From Roseomonas sp. (GTDB lineage: Bacteria; Pseudomonadota; Alphaproteobacteria; Acetobacterales; Acetobacteraceae), in contig DATMFR010000060.1 of NCBI GenBank assembly GCA_035556695.1, positions 84 through 64,083 on the forward strand: a stretch of DNA of 64,000 nt. Reading direction: 5' to 3'. The notes beneath the pieces were generated by a model. The model did not search any database. It was not told where the DNA came from and saw only the letters and a program-made list of their open reading frames with translations. Made by a program: the position numbers and the translations under genes. Shown here in pieces: positions 36,984-45,577 of this stretch (positions within the stretch are counted from its first letter, which is position 1; each line of letters begins with the position of its first letter).

Positions 36984-38069
36984 ATGGTTGATCGTGTCGC
37001 TCCCATGGGGGTTTCGCTCGGGCGCCAGGCCCAGCTGCGCGACCTGCAGAACAATCTGGCGGTGCTGACCGCCGAAATGTCCTCCGGCCGCAAGGCCGAT
37101 CCGGCGCGCGAACTCGGGGTTGGCGCCTCGCTGCTCTATAAGCTCTATGACGACGTGCAGCAGGGCGAGGCCGTGAAGAACGGGACGAGCCTGGCCGGGC
37201 AGAAGCTGACCGCGATGCAGACGGCGCTGACCTCGGTGGGCGAGCTGATGGACCAGATGTCGCCCGAGATCCTCAAGGTCGATGCGCTGAAGGGCAATGG
37301 CTACGACATCATCGCCAGCAATGCGCGCGAGATGCTCGCCAGCATGACGAACCTGCTGAACACGAGCTGGGACGGCCAGAACCTGTTCGCCGGCACCGAC
37401 AGCGCCTTCCCGCCGTTGAAGGACTCCGCGAACCTCACGGGCTGGGCGCAGGACCGGCTGGATGCCGCCGCGAGCGCGGCCGGCGGCCCGCTGGACGCGA
37501 CCGAGGCAGCGGCCCTGATTGGCGATTTCGACGCCATGTTCGCCAATGCCGACCGCGATGCCAGCGGCGGCACCTCCTTCTACGGACTGGTCTACCAGTC
37601 CACCAGCCGCACCAGCATGGCCGGCAGCAGCGACGCGGAATCCGATGCGCCCTCGCTGGTCCGCATCGGAGCGGGCGAGACGCTGAGCTACAACATCCGC
37701 GCCGACAACCCGGCCTTCAAGGACGCCTTCAAGGCGCTCTCGCTGCTCTCCACGCTGGATGCGCCGGACAGCAAGCTTTCCGATGATGCGAAGAAGGCGC
37801 TGCTCGACCAGGCGGGCGAGCTGATGCGCGGCGCCCGTTCGCAGCTCACCGTCGTCGCCGGCGTGCTCGGCAGCAAGCAGCAGCGGCTCGACAGCGTGGC
37901 GCAGATCCAGGATCGCGCCGTCAGCGCCGCGACCGCGCAGATCAACGATCTGGAAGGCGTCGACTACTACACCGTCTCCGACCGGATCAACACGCTGCAG
38001 ATCCAGCTGCAGGCGACCTACTCGATCACCGCCCAGCTCTCGAAGCTGAGCCTGGTGAACTACCTCTGA
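36984..38069 (+). CDS. flgL: hook-associated protein FlgL
   Basis: EMSSGRK, NTSWDGQNLFAG, C-terminal LEGVDYY...LQ.QLQATY.IT.QLSKLSLVNYL; follows flgK. Confidence 0.88.
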   Translation: MVDRVAPMGVSLGRQAQLRDLQNNLAVLTAEMSSGRKADPARELGVGASLLYKLYDDVQQGEAVKNGTSLAGQKLTAMQTALTSVGELMDQMSPEILKVDALKGNGYDIIASNAREMLASMTNLLNTSWDGQNLFAGTDSAFPPLKDSANLTGWAQDRLDAAASAAGGPLDATEAAALIGDFDAMFANADRDASGGTSFYGLVYQSTSRTSMAGSSDAESDAPSLVRIGAGETLSYNIRADNPAFKDAFKALSLLSTLDAPDSKLSDDAKKALLDQAGELMRGARSQLTVVAGVLGSKQQRLDSVAQIQDRAVSAATAQINDLEGVDYYTVSDRINTLQIQLQATYSITAQLSKLSLVNYL

Positions 38070-38098
38070 TCATCCCGACACGAACGGAGAAGCCGGAC

Positions 38099-38446
38099 AT
38101 GAACACGCTCCCCGCTCACACCGAGGCGCAGCCCTTCGTCCCCCTCGCATTGGAGGAGGAGGACCTCGCCGTCTATGCCAGCATTGGTACCGCGCTGGAC
38201 TGCGGCACCGAGATCTGCGCCGAGGCCTTCATGCTGGCCACGCCGGCCGCGCGCGACACCGCCGTGCGGCTCTGGCAGGCGGTGCAGCTGCTGAACACGC
38301 CGCGGGAGGGCGGCCCCGACCTGCGCGCGCAGTGGCAGCTGCAGGCGCGGCAGGCGCTGGAGGCGATGCGCGCACTCCTCGGCCTCGACCCCGAGCGGAT
38401 GCCGACTGCCGCCCTCGCCGCTGCCGGCCTGCGCTACAGCGCCTGA
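38099..38446 (+). CDS. small hypothetical protein between flgL and flgI
   Basis: GGAGA RBS; 115 aa helical; no family recognised. Confidence 0.55.
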   Translation: MNTLPAHTEAQPFVPLALEEEDLAVYASIGTALDCGTEICAEAFMLATPAARDTAVRLWQAVQLLNTPREGGPDLRAQWQLQARQALEAMRALLGLDPERMPTAALAAAGLRYSA

Positions 38447-38451
38447 AGGGG

Positions 38452-39582
38452 ATGGCCATGCCTCGCCCCTCTCGCACCGCGCTGCTGCTGGCGGCGGCGC
38501 TGTCCTTCGGGGCCCTGCTCCCGGCAGGGGCGGCGCAGGCCCAGGTCCGGCTCAAGGACGTCGTCAGCATCGAAGGCGTGCGCGGCAACCAGCTGATCGG
38601 CTACGGGCTGGTGATCGGCCTGCAGGGCACCGGCGACCAGCTGCGCAACACCCCCTTCACCCAGCAGAGCCTCGCCGCGATGCTGGAGCGGATGGGCATC
38701 AACGTGGCGGATGCGCGGGTGCAGACCCGCAACACCGCCGCCGTCATCGTCACCGCCACCCTGCCGGCCTTCGCGCGGCAGGGATCGCCGATCGACGTGC
38801 AGGTCTCCTCCCTCGGCGACGCCAAGAGCCTGAACGGCGGCACGCTGATCGTCACGCCGCTGATGGGCGCCGATGGCGAGGTCTATGCCGTGGCACAGGG
38901 GCCGGTGGTGGTCGGCGGGTTCCAGGCGGCGGGGCAGGCGCAGAGCATCTCCAGCGGCGTCACCACCCAGGGCAAGGTGCCCGGCGGCGGGCTGGTGGAG
39001 CGCGAGGTGCCGGTGAACCTGCGCGACTTCGAGACCATCCGCCTGGCGCTGCGCTCGCCGGACTTCACCACCGCGGTGCGCGTCGAAGAGGCGATCAACA
39101 CTCGCTTCGGCGCCGGTGCCGCCACGGCGCTCGATCTCGGCACGGTGGAGATGCGGGTGCCACCCGGCTATCGCGACCGGCTGCCGAACCTGGTGGCGCA
39201 GATGGAATCCCTCTCCATCCGGCCGGAGACGCCGGCCCGGGTGGTGGTGGACGAGCGCACCGGCACCATCGTCGTCGGCGCCCAGGTGCGTATCGACCCG
39301 GTGGCCATCACGCACGGCAACCTGGTGATCCGCGTCACCGAGAGTCCGATCGTCAGCCAGCCCGCGCCCTTCTCCAATGGCGAGACCACCGTGGTGCCGC
39401 GCACCCAGGTGGAGGTGGACGACCAGCGCGGCCGGCGCCTCGCCACCCTGCCGCGCGCGACGACGCTGAAGGACGTGGTGGACGGGCTGAACGCGCTGGG
39501 CCTTGCCCCACGCGACCTGATCTCCGTGCTCACCGCCCTGAAGGCTGCGGGCGCGCTGCACGCGGAGCTGCAGTTCATCTGA
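38452..39582 (+). CDS. flgI: P-ring protein FlgI
   Basis: VRLKDVV..EGVR.NQLIGYGLVIGL.GTGD, AAVIVTATLP, SSLGDAKSL.GGTL, VVVDERTGTIV, KAAGALHAEL. Confidence 0.96.
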   Translation: MAMPRPSRTALLLAAALSFGALLPAGAAQAQVRLKDVVSIEGVRGNQLIGYGLVIGLQGTGDQLRNTPFTQQSLAAMLERMGINVADARVQTRNTAAVIVTATLPAFARQGSPIDVQVSSLGDAKSLNGGTLIVTPLMGADGEVYAVAQGPVVVGGFQAAGQAQSISSGVTTQGKVPGGGLVEREVPVNLRDFETIRLALRSPDFTTAVRVEEAINTRFGAGAATALDLGTVEMRVPPGYRDRLPNLVAQMESLSIRPETPARVVVDERTGTIVVGAQVRIDPVAITHGNLVIRVTESPIVSQPAPFSNGETTVVPRTQVEVDDQRGRRLATLPRATTLKDVVDGLNALGLAPRDLISVLTALKAAGALHAELQFI

Positions 39583-39603
39583 GCCGGCGTGGCATTCGGC
39601 CGG

Positions 39604-39942
39604 TCAGCAACGGCCAGCCGGGCGCTTCCAGCCTGGATGCGCCAGCTCGCCCAGATGCTCCTCCAGCCCCGCGGCACGCAGGGCGGCGATGCTGGCCCAG
39701 CCGCCGGGGCGGTCGATGGTGACGGGGTGCAGGATCAGCTCCGCCTGCGCCTCATCCTCCGGCCAGCCGCCTTCCCACAGCTCGACATGCCAGCGGGCCA
39801 GTGCCTCCGAGGGGAAGGTGGCGACTGCGTCGCGCCCGCCGGCATCCAGCTTGGACCAATAGGACAGGCTGGGCGTGCGCCCCACATAGAGCCCGAGGGC
39901 CGCATGCACGACCACGAACCCTTTTCCATAAACCTGCGGCAT
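39604..39942 (-). CDS. hypothetical protein
   Basis: 112 aa, GGGGAAG RBS, aromatic-rich YWSKLD...ATF motif; no family recognised. Confidence 0.55.
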   Translation of the reverse strand: MPQVYGKGFVVVHAALGLYVGRTPSLSYWSKLDAGGRDAVATFPSEALARWHVELWEGGWPEDEAQAELILHPVTIDRPGGWASIAALRAAGLEEHLGELAHPGWKRPAGRC

Positions 39943-40119
39943 TGCGTCTTCCCCGGCGCGTGATGGGCCGGGCCGCGTGATCCCGGCCCTGGCGAACCCG
40001 GAGCATACTGGCCGCACCAGAGGTGGGTATAAAATAGAGACAGTGTCTCAAAAATTGTATTGACTGGAAGGTGAGGCGAAGTTCCTCTGGCCAGGGAGGC
40101 GCCTTGCGCCCGCCGCGGC

Positions 40120-40512
40120 TCAGCGCAAGCTGCCGAAGCCGTTCCGGCTCCATCCGTCGCTGAACATCCCCTTGCCCGGGCCACGCATGGCCGTGCTGCT
40201 CCCGCCCGGAGCACTGGGCAGGGGCGCTAGGCTTGCCTCCTGATGGCTTCCCGTTCCGGCGGCGGGCTGCGCCTTCCCGTCCTTCGGTGCCATCGCGGCG
40301 ACCGCCGGAGCAGCGGAGGAGGGCAGCCCCAGCGGGTCAAAGGCGCGCACGTCGAAGCTGTCGGAGCTTAGCGGAATGGAGGCAACCGGCGGCAGTTGGC
40401 GCGGCACTTCAGGCCCCTGCGCCCAGGCGCTGCTGGCTCCTGCCAGCGACAGGGCGGCCACAGCTGCCCGCAGGCCGTAGGTGAGGAGGGAGGAGGGGGC
40501 GGCGCGGGGCAT
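40120..40512 (-). CDS. small secreted Pro/Ala-rich protein
   Basis: signal peptide ending SSAWA; low-complexity remainder. Confidence 0.5.
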   Translation of the reverse strand: MPRAAPSSLLTYGLRAAVAALSLAGASSAWAQGPEVPRQLPPVASIPLSSDSFDVRAFDPLGLPSSAAPAVAAMAPKDGKAQPAAGTGSHQEASLAPLPSAPGGSSTAMRGPGKGMFSDGWSRNGFGSLR

Positions 40513-40775
40513 GTGCGGAACTGCTCACTTGGTTGATTGACGCAAAAGAGCCTCAACGGCGCCGTGCGGGTCACGAGGAGCAACGTCCATAGCCTCCCCG
40601 CCGTTCCAATGCCTCACACGGCTTTGTGCCATCTTGCCGCGCCTGAAAGGCTGATCAGCCTTTGTTAAGGCTTGTTCGTCATACTTCCACCATTCGCTGA
40701 ATGCGGAGAGCAAGCCAGAATGGCGGCACCACTCGCCCCCCTGCGTCCTGCTTCGCTTCAGGCATGGAGGTGCTG

Positions 40776-41453
40776 ATGTCGCTTGGTCTGAACCTGTTGC
40801 TGAACGCCGCCGGCAATGCGCTGGACCAGCTCTGGATGCTTCGGCTAGGGCGCGACATCGGCGTGCTGCTGCCGGATTACCTCGACCCGGGCCGGGTCTG
40901 CCCGGTGGAGGGTCCGGCTTCGGCCGAGGAGACCGCGCTGCGCGAGACCTTGCTGCAGATCGGCCGACAGATGCAGGCCATCGGCGCAGCCGCCGTGGCG
41001 CGGGCCGTATTGCAGGCGCCACTGCCAGATCGGCGCCGCGCGGCGCTGCTGGCGCTGGCCGGCAGCGATGCCTGGGAGGATGTTGAGGGCCAGCCGGGGC
41101 TGCAGCAGCGCAAGGGGAGGCACGGGCGGCGCTATCTCCTCTCGAGCCAGGCCGCAGGCGGGGCAGCGCATGCGCCGCACGCCATCCGGGCCTATCGCCA
41201 GCAGCTCTGGGTTCTGGACCGCACGGCCGGGTCCGCCAAGCCGCCGGGCACCACGCCCTGCCTGTCACGGGAGGATGCGGCGGACTGCCTGTCGCTCGAT
41301 CTGGCGCTGGAGGAGGTGGGCCTGGCCCTGCGCGAGAGCGGTGAGGGGGGCTTGGCGGCACAGGTGACGGCGCTGCGCGGCTGCGCCGGAACGCTCGCCC
41401 TGCCGATGCCGGCATCCACAGCGGTTTACCATCGCGAGCCCGCCGCCGCCTGA
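40776..41453 (+). CDS. hypothetical protein
   Basis: GGAGG RBS; 225 aa; no family recognised. Confidence 0.55.
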   Translation: MSLGLNLLLNAAGNALDQLWMLRLGRDIGVLLPDYLDPGRVCPVEGPASAEETALRETLLQIGRQMQAIGAAAVARAVLQAPLPDRRRAALLALAGSDAWEDVEGQPGLQQRKGRHGRRYLLSSQAAGGAAHAPHAIRAYRQQLWVLDRTAGSAKPPGTTPCLSREDAADCLSLDLALEEVGLALRESGEGGLAAQVTALRGCAGTLALPMPASTAVYHREPAAA

Positions 41454-41473
41454 CCGGCCTGCCGCGGAGCGCC

Positions 41474-42307
41474 TCAGCACGAGATCCGGCGCGTGGCCCG
41501 GGCGGCGCGAGCCTGCACGGCGCGCCAGTCCGGTGTGGCCGCCGCCGCGGCGGTGCGGAACAGCGGCGCCACGCCGGCGCGGGCCAGGAACTCGCGCAGG
41601 TCTTCCAGCGGGACGACGGAGGTGAAGCCACGTGCCCCGGCATAGACCACGCCGACCACATTGCCTGCCGCGTCCAGCACCGGGCCGCCGGAACTGCCGC
41701 CGCTGGAGGACGCGTCGATCTCCAAGCGCCAGCGCAGGCGATCCGCCTTGTCGGCGCCGAAATAGCGCAGCCCGTCCTCCCAGCGCGCGGGGATCTCATG
41801 GCCGTCGCGGTCGGTCATGACGAAGCTGATGGCGCGGCCGGTCTCCGGGTCATGCACCGTCAGGGCTGCACGGCGGATCTGGCCGGACGTGGCCTGCAGC
41901 AGGCCGGCTCCCCCGTCGCGGACAGGATAGCCCAGGACCAGCACGGGCATGCCGGGCGGCAGACGCTGCGCGGCGGAGAGGGGAAGCGGCGCCTCATCCA
42001 GGGCCGGCCCGGCGAGCAGGGCCAGATCGGTGCTGGGGTCCTCGGTCAGCACCCGCCAGGTGCCGGGCAGGCCTGCCACCTCCAGGGGGCGGGCCTGCCC
42101 CCGGCAGCGTAGCGCCACATGGGCATTGGTCACCAGCAGGCCGGGCGCCACCAGGAAGGCCGAGCCGCCGACCCGTTCCTGGGCTTCCGCGGGCAGCGGG
42201 AGGGAGACCGGTCGGGCCGCCCGGCCCGGCCCCGCCAAGCCGATCGCCATAGTGGCCATGACCGTGATCCCCAAGCCTGGAACCAGCCAGCGCAGCCAAG
42301 CTCCCAT
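41474..42307 (-). CDS. trypsin-like (S1) serine protease, exported
   Basis: GSAFLV, TNAHV (His), DLALL (Asp), GSSGGPV (Ser); N-terminal TM/signal; start uncertain (42307/42337). Confidence 0.85.
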   Translation of the reverse strand: MGAWLRWLVPGLGITVMATMAIGLAGPGRAARPVSLPLPAEAQERVGGSAFLVAPGLLVTNAHVALRCRGQARPLEVAGLPGTWRVLTEDPSTDLALLAGPALDEAPLPLSAAQRLPPGMPVLVLGYPVRDGGAGLLQATSGQIRRAALTVHDPETGRAISFVMTDRDGHEIPARWEDGLRYFGADKADRLRWRLEIDASSSGGSSGGPVLDAAGNVVGVVYAGARGFTSVVPLEDLREFLARAGVAPLFRTAAAAATPDWRAVQARAARATRRISC

Positions 42308-42323
42308 TCGGCCTCGACCCCTT

Positions 42324-42333
42324 TGCGAAAAAC
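42324..42333 (+). promoter_or_regulatory. TGCGAAAAAC motif upstream of fliJ
   Basis: 86 bp before fliJ; an opposite-strand copy at 42401-42410 points at the protease. Confidence 0.5.
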
Positions 42334-42409
42334 GCATAATTTCTATCATGGCGTTTTGTCGAGGGCCAGAGCTGCCTTGCGGCTGCGCGATCTGCAAAGG
42401 AATTTTCGC

Positions 42410-42814
42410 ATGCGTAGCCTTCCTCTCCTGATCCGGTTGGCGCGGCAGCGCGCCGATGAGCGGCGGCTGGTGCTGGCTGTGGCCGAGCAGGCGCGGTTGG
42501 CAGCGGAGGCGGCGCTGACGGAACAGGAGGCGCGGATGGCCACCGAGCGGGCGCAGGCGGCTGGCGATCCCGAGGCCATGGCCCGCTGGGGAGAATGGTC
42601 ACGCGCCGCCGCGCGGCAGCGGCGGCGCCTACTAGAGGGGTTGGGGGCGCGACAGGAGCGCGAGGAGGCGATCCGCGCGGCGCTGGCGGAGGACTTCGCC
42701 GCCCTCAAGCGGCTGGAGCTTGCCCTGCAGGCGCAGCAGCGGAACGCGGCGCGCGAGAGGGAGCGCAAGGCGGAGAAGGCGGCAGAGGATACAGAGTTGC
42801 GGCGGCTCCGCTGA
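42410..42814 (+). CDS. fliJ: FliJ-like export protein
   Basis: MRSL..LIRLARQRADERR..L, coiled coil, F..LKRLE, D at C-terminus; size 134 aa typical. Confidence 0.75.
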   Translation: MRSLPLLIRLARQRADERRLVLAVAEQARLAAEAALTEQEARMATERAQAAGDPEAMARWGEWSRAAARQRRRLLEGLGARQEREEAIRAALAEDFAALKRLELALQAQQRNAARERERKAEKAAEDTELRRLR

Positions 42815-42833
42815 AGCGGGCCGCGCCCCGCCG

Positions 42834-44579
42834 TCAGGCCGGCAGGCTGAGCCGCTCCAGGTCCGGCTTTTCCTTGAACCGGCTCCAGGCGCTCAGCAGC
42901 TCGCGCAGCTGCTCCTCCTGGCTGGTGCGCTCGCGCCGCAGGACCTGCATGCGGCGGCGCAGTTCCAGGATCAGGTGGCCGCGCGGCAGGTCGGCGCCGC
43001 TCTCGAAGCGCTCCAGGAAGATGCGGCCCAGCTCGGGATCGTCGCGCTCGATGCAGTAGGCGGCATAGGTCAGCACCGAGCCGCGGCCAAACTCGATCAT
43101 CTTGCGGCCGAAGGTGCGCAGCTCCAGCAGGCGCGGGTGCTGCTCGACGATGCGCATCACCTCCGCCGGCGTCGGCTTGGCGTTGCGCGTCCCTGCCGGC
43201 TTCAGCTCGCGCTTCCACAGCAGCACGGCGGCGGCGGCGATCAGCGGCTTGTCGCCGAAGCCGTCGAAGGCGGCGCCGAGCTGCGGCCCCTTCTTGGCGT
43301 GGATGTCGTAGGTGTCGTAGGCCTCCTCGGGGAGGTTGCGCATGACCGGCACCTCGATCGCCTCGCCCGCCTGGATCACGGCGGAGAGCCGGTGCTGGCC
43401 GTTCAGCAGCCGCCCCGAGCGGCTGAAGCAGATCGGCTGCGCGTTCATCATCCAGTTGCCGGCGCGGATGTCGCGGGCGATGGCGTCCACATGCGCGGCG
43501 ACGATTTTGCGGTTGCGTGTGTTGTGGCCGAGATAGGCCTCCGCCAGCTGCGGCGAGATAGTCTCGATCACCAGCGGAAAAACGTTCTCCTCCTGCACCA
43601 GGCGCTCGACCGCCTCGCGCAGCTTGCGCGCGGTCTCCTCGGTATCATCCGCATGGCCAGGATCGTTCAGCCCGGGGTAGCCCTGAAGCGCCGGGAACTC
43701 CTCGCCCTTGGTCGGGTTGGAGGTCTTGTCGATCCAGGTATAGGAGCGCAGATGCTCGCCGGTGAAGGTGGCGTTCAGCGCCTTGATACAGAGGGCGAAG
43801 AGCATTACCGGCTTGAGCCGTGTCGCCGGATCGCCGCGGGTGATGTCGATCAGGTCGCGGATGCGCGCGCCCGGCTCCATCGGCGAGTACTTCTCCGGCC
43901 AGGCGACGGCGTCGAGGAAGCGGCGCGTCGCCGTCTTGTCCACCCGGAATCCCATGAACAGCAGCGGCGTGCGCACCGCCTCGGAAAGCACGGTCGCCTC
44001 GCTTTCCAATGACATCTTCACCGCCTGCTCCAGGTCGGGATTGGCGCGCAGCACGCGGTCCATGCGCGACCAGGAGGCGGTGCCGGCGCCGCGCAGCATC
44101 TTGCCGTCGTCGTAGCGGATCAGCTTCACCAGCGCGGATTGCAGCGCATGCGCATGCGGCACGCCGCGTGCCTCCAGCACGCCGGCGAAGGAGCGGCGGC
44201 GCTGCTGGTCGATGGTGTGCAGCACGTCGTCGGGGATGTTCTGCGCCAGCACGGTGAGGAAGGGAACGCCGGCCTTGATACAGGCGCGCAGCCGCTGCAC
44301 GCCGTCGAGCAGCACGCCGGTGCGCGAGAGGATGAGGGGCATGCCGTTGAGGATCCAGCGGCCCTCCCGCATCGCCTCGGCATAGGCGTTGATGGCGTTG
44401 GGGTTCTCGGCGGCACTCGGGCGCTTGCGCTGCAGCAGCTCGGTCGCGCCTTCCGGCGTGACCAGCTCGACCGAGAAGGCGGGCCCATCGGGATTCTGGC
44501 CCTGGACCTGCACGATCCTGCCGCTCGGCGTGCGCGCTGCGGTCTTGCTCTTGCGTGCCGCCCCGTTCGCCCGTGCCAT
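42834..44579 (-). CDS. protein with two tandem ParB/sulfiredoxin-like (DGQHR-like) domains
   Basis: domain 1 VTPEGATELL..YAEAMREGRWILNG.P..LLDGVQRL; domain 2 ISPQLAEAYL.HNTRNRK..IARDI.AGNW.MN..PI..LLNGQHRL. Confidence 0.75.
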   Translation of the reverse strand: MARANGAARKSKTAARTPSGRIVQVQGQNPDGPAFSVELVTPEGATELLQRKRPSAAENPNAINAYAEAMREGRWILNGMPLILSRTGVLLDGVQRLRACIKAGVPFLTVLAQNIPDDVLHTIDQQRRRSFAGVLEARGVPHAHALQSALVKLIRYDDGKMLRGAGTASWSRMDRVLRANPDLEQAVKMSLESEATVLSEAVRTPLLFMGFRVDKTATRRFLDAVAWPEKYSPMEPGARIRDLIDITRGDPATRLKPVMLFALCIKALNATFTGEHLRSYTWIDKTSNPTKGEEFPALQGYPGLNDPGHADDTEETARKLREAVERLVQEENVFPLVIETISPQLAEAYLGHNTRNRKIVAAHVDAIARDIRAGNWMMNAQPICFSRSGRLLNGQHRLSAVIQAGEAIEVPVMRNLPEEAYDTYDIHAKKGPQLGAAFDGFGDKPLIAAAAVLLWKRELKPAGTRNAKPTPAEVMRIVEQHPRLLELRTFGRKMIEFGRGSVLTYAAYCIERDDPELGRIFLERFESGADLPRGHLILELRRRMQVLRRERTSQEEQLRELLSAWSRFKEKPDLERLSLPA

Positions 44580-45019
44580 CGGTTTCTCTCTCCGTCCCGC
44601 TACGCTGTGCTGGTCAGACCCCTGGCCGGGGCCGGGCAGCGAATAATCGCCTGGGTGATCGCCGGCGGTTTCGCCCGTTTAGAGTTTTTTCGCTCTTTAA
44701 GCTAGATGCAAAAATCTCCAACAGGAAAAAGATTTTCTCTGGATGGCTTTTCGCAGAAGAATGCTGCGGCGAAGCCAAGTTCAACAAGATCAAAGGGTAA
44801 CCCGTTCGGATAAGATCTGACCTTAGGGATTTCTTCACCATGTTCTCAAACCTCGGAATAGAAGCTTGTCCTGCATGATGCTAAATACGATGGGCTTTCT
44901 GATGAAAACGCATTTCGTGCAGTAAGGCAGGCCGGGCGCGCCTCCCTCCGAGGGCGCCGACAGCCTGTGCGCGCCATGCACCTGATCCCTCGTCCCCGCA
45001 GGAAGGAGAATCCCTCCCC

Positions 45020-45346
45020 ATGACCGGATCCAGCCCCTTCTTCGTCAACCACACTATCCGCCTGAGCCGCGCTGAGGTGCTTGAGGCCCTGCGTGGCGCC
45101 GCGCTGGCGCGGGCGCGCGAGGCGCTGCGCCTGGTGGAGCCCGCCCCGCGCGGCGTGGAGATGGAAACCCGTCTGCTCTCCGGCTCGGTGGTGGAGATCG
45201 ATGGTGCCACCATCGTGATTGAAGGCCGTTTGCCGGATGACTTGGCCGCGCTGCTGCGCACGGCACCGGCGAGCACCGTTCCGGCCGCTCCCCTGCCGAC
45301 CGCGGCCATTGCCGAGCCGGTGGACGAGCCGCTGGTCGCCGCCTGA
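45020..45346 (+). CDS. hypothetical protein
   Basis: GGAAGGAGA RBS; 108 aa; no family recognised. Confidence 0.6.
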   Translation: MTGSSPFFVNHTIRLSRAEVLEALRGAALARAREALRLVEPAPRGVEMETRLLSGSVVEIDGATIVIEGRLPDDLAALLRTAPASTVPAAPLPTAAIAEPVDEPLVAA

Positions 45347-45577
45347 CGGCCTCGCCGCATCGCGTCCCTTTTCGGGGGCGCGGTGCCCTTGCGCCCTGCT
45401 CCCAGGGCGCCGGCTTTGCTGTGCATGGCGTTCATGGTCATGCGAAATACCACAATTTAGTTGGTTCGCGCGCCTGCCCCTGGGGCTCGGCTGCATTTTG
45501 CGGTGCCGATCGCACAAGACCCTTGCCTTGACCCGCCGGGATCGGTCTTCTGCTCACACTAATGTGAGGCTGGCGAT

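Noticed and set aside
44580-45019. Possible riboswitch (e.g. c-di-GMP) in the long intergenic region
   Set aside because: No recognisable conserved riboswitch motif by eye; an Infernal/Rfam scan would be needed
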